Position numbers and translations under genes: made by a program. From the NCBI GenBank assembly GCA_964649095.1, contig CAZYPH010000001.1, positions 69,407-124,167 of the forward strand: a stretch of DNA of 54,761 bases, given 5' to 3'. Shown one piece after another: positions 54,707 through 54,761 of this stretch (position 1 is its first letter; the number at the start of each line of letters is the position of its first letter). Under the pieces are notes generated by a model. That model ran no database searches. It saw only the letters and a list, made by a program, of their open reading frames with translations, and was not told the DNA's origin. This DNA comes from an uncultured Oligoflexia bacterium. GTDB taxonomy: Bacteria; Bdellovibrionota; UBA1018; UBA923.

Positions 54707-54761
54707 TGGCGTCCCCACGGGGATTCGAACCCCGGTTACCGCCGTGAAAGGGCGATGTCCT
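54707..54761 (-). tRNA. tRNA-Glu (anticodon UUC), 3' 55 nt; the 5' part lies beyond the window
   Basis: The reverse complement AGGACATCGCCCTTTCACGGCGGTAACCGGGGTTCGAATCCCCGTGGGGACGCCA contains the anticodon loop CTTTCAC, the T-arm CGGGG-TTCGAAT-CCCCG, acceptor strand and CCA. It is near-identical in layout to the E. coli tRNA-Glu as I remember it. Confidence 0.85.

Noticed and set aside
1-54761. Search for transposases, integrases, phage structural genes, retron/DGR reverse transcriptases or rRNA genes
   Set aside because: None of the ORF translations showed the hallmark motifs (DDE, tyrosine-recombinase RHRY context, YxDD). The accessory blocks therefore lack an identifiable mobility gene within this window.

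Overview
This is a 54.8-kb chromosomal segment of a diderm (Gram-negative) bacterium. The lineage cannot be fixed from sequence alone. Gene order is compatible with a Bdellovibrio-, Oligoflexia- or deltaproteobacteria-like organism (low confidence). The core is a long minus-strand housekeeping run from 16.6 to 37.0 kb: sppA, rpsA, a GT9 heptosyltransferase, lpxL-family, lpxK, lpxB, lpxA, fabZ, lpxD, skp, bamA, lolD, lolC/E, lysS, trxB, a rhomboid protease and a VOC epimerase. ssb, two rRNA methyltransferases (Rsm22-like and RsmB-like) and a PlsB-like acyltransferase are also present. Several accessory blocks interrupt this core.

1. Five paralogous AAA_14/DUF4143 ATPases occur in the window, three of them clustered at 1.0-5.2 kb. 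Each carries its own distinct palindrome or iteron array just upstream.
2. A visibly AT-richer island lies at 5.5-11.3 kb. It holds a YcgR-like PilZ protein translationally coupled to a 7TM-GAF-GAF receptor ending in a degenerate class III cyclase domain, plus a convergent orphan KAS III. This is my best candidate for an undescribed system.
3. An 814-aa secreted protein contains about 430 consecutive residues with no charged amino acid (Gly/Pro/Met/Phe repeats).
4. hipBA with tandem operators sits next to a MacAB/Lol-like ABC exporter.
5. A coupled pair of secreted proteins follows: a Cys-rich protein with one CXXCH motif, then a protein with a duplicated unknown domain fused to a VanX-type D-Ala-D-Ala dipeptidase.
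6. The 3' end of the window has a 30-bp direct repeat bracketing a small Cys-rich ORF, a GC-richer stretch with no trustworthy gene model, and a truncated tRNA-Glu.

I recognised no CRISPR array, transposase or integrase. All family calls rest on motifs read by eye. No searches or composition calculations were run.
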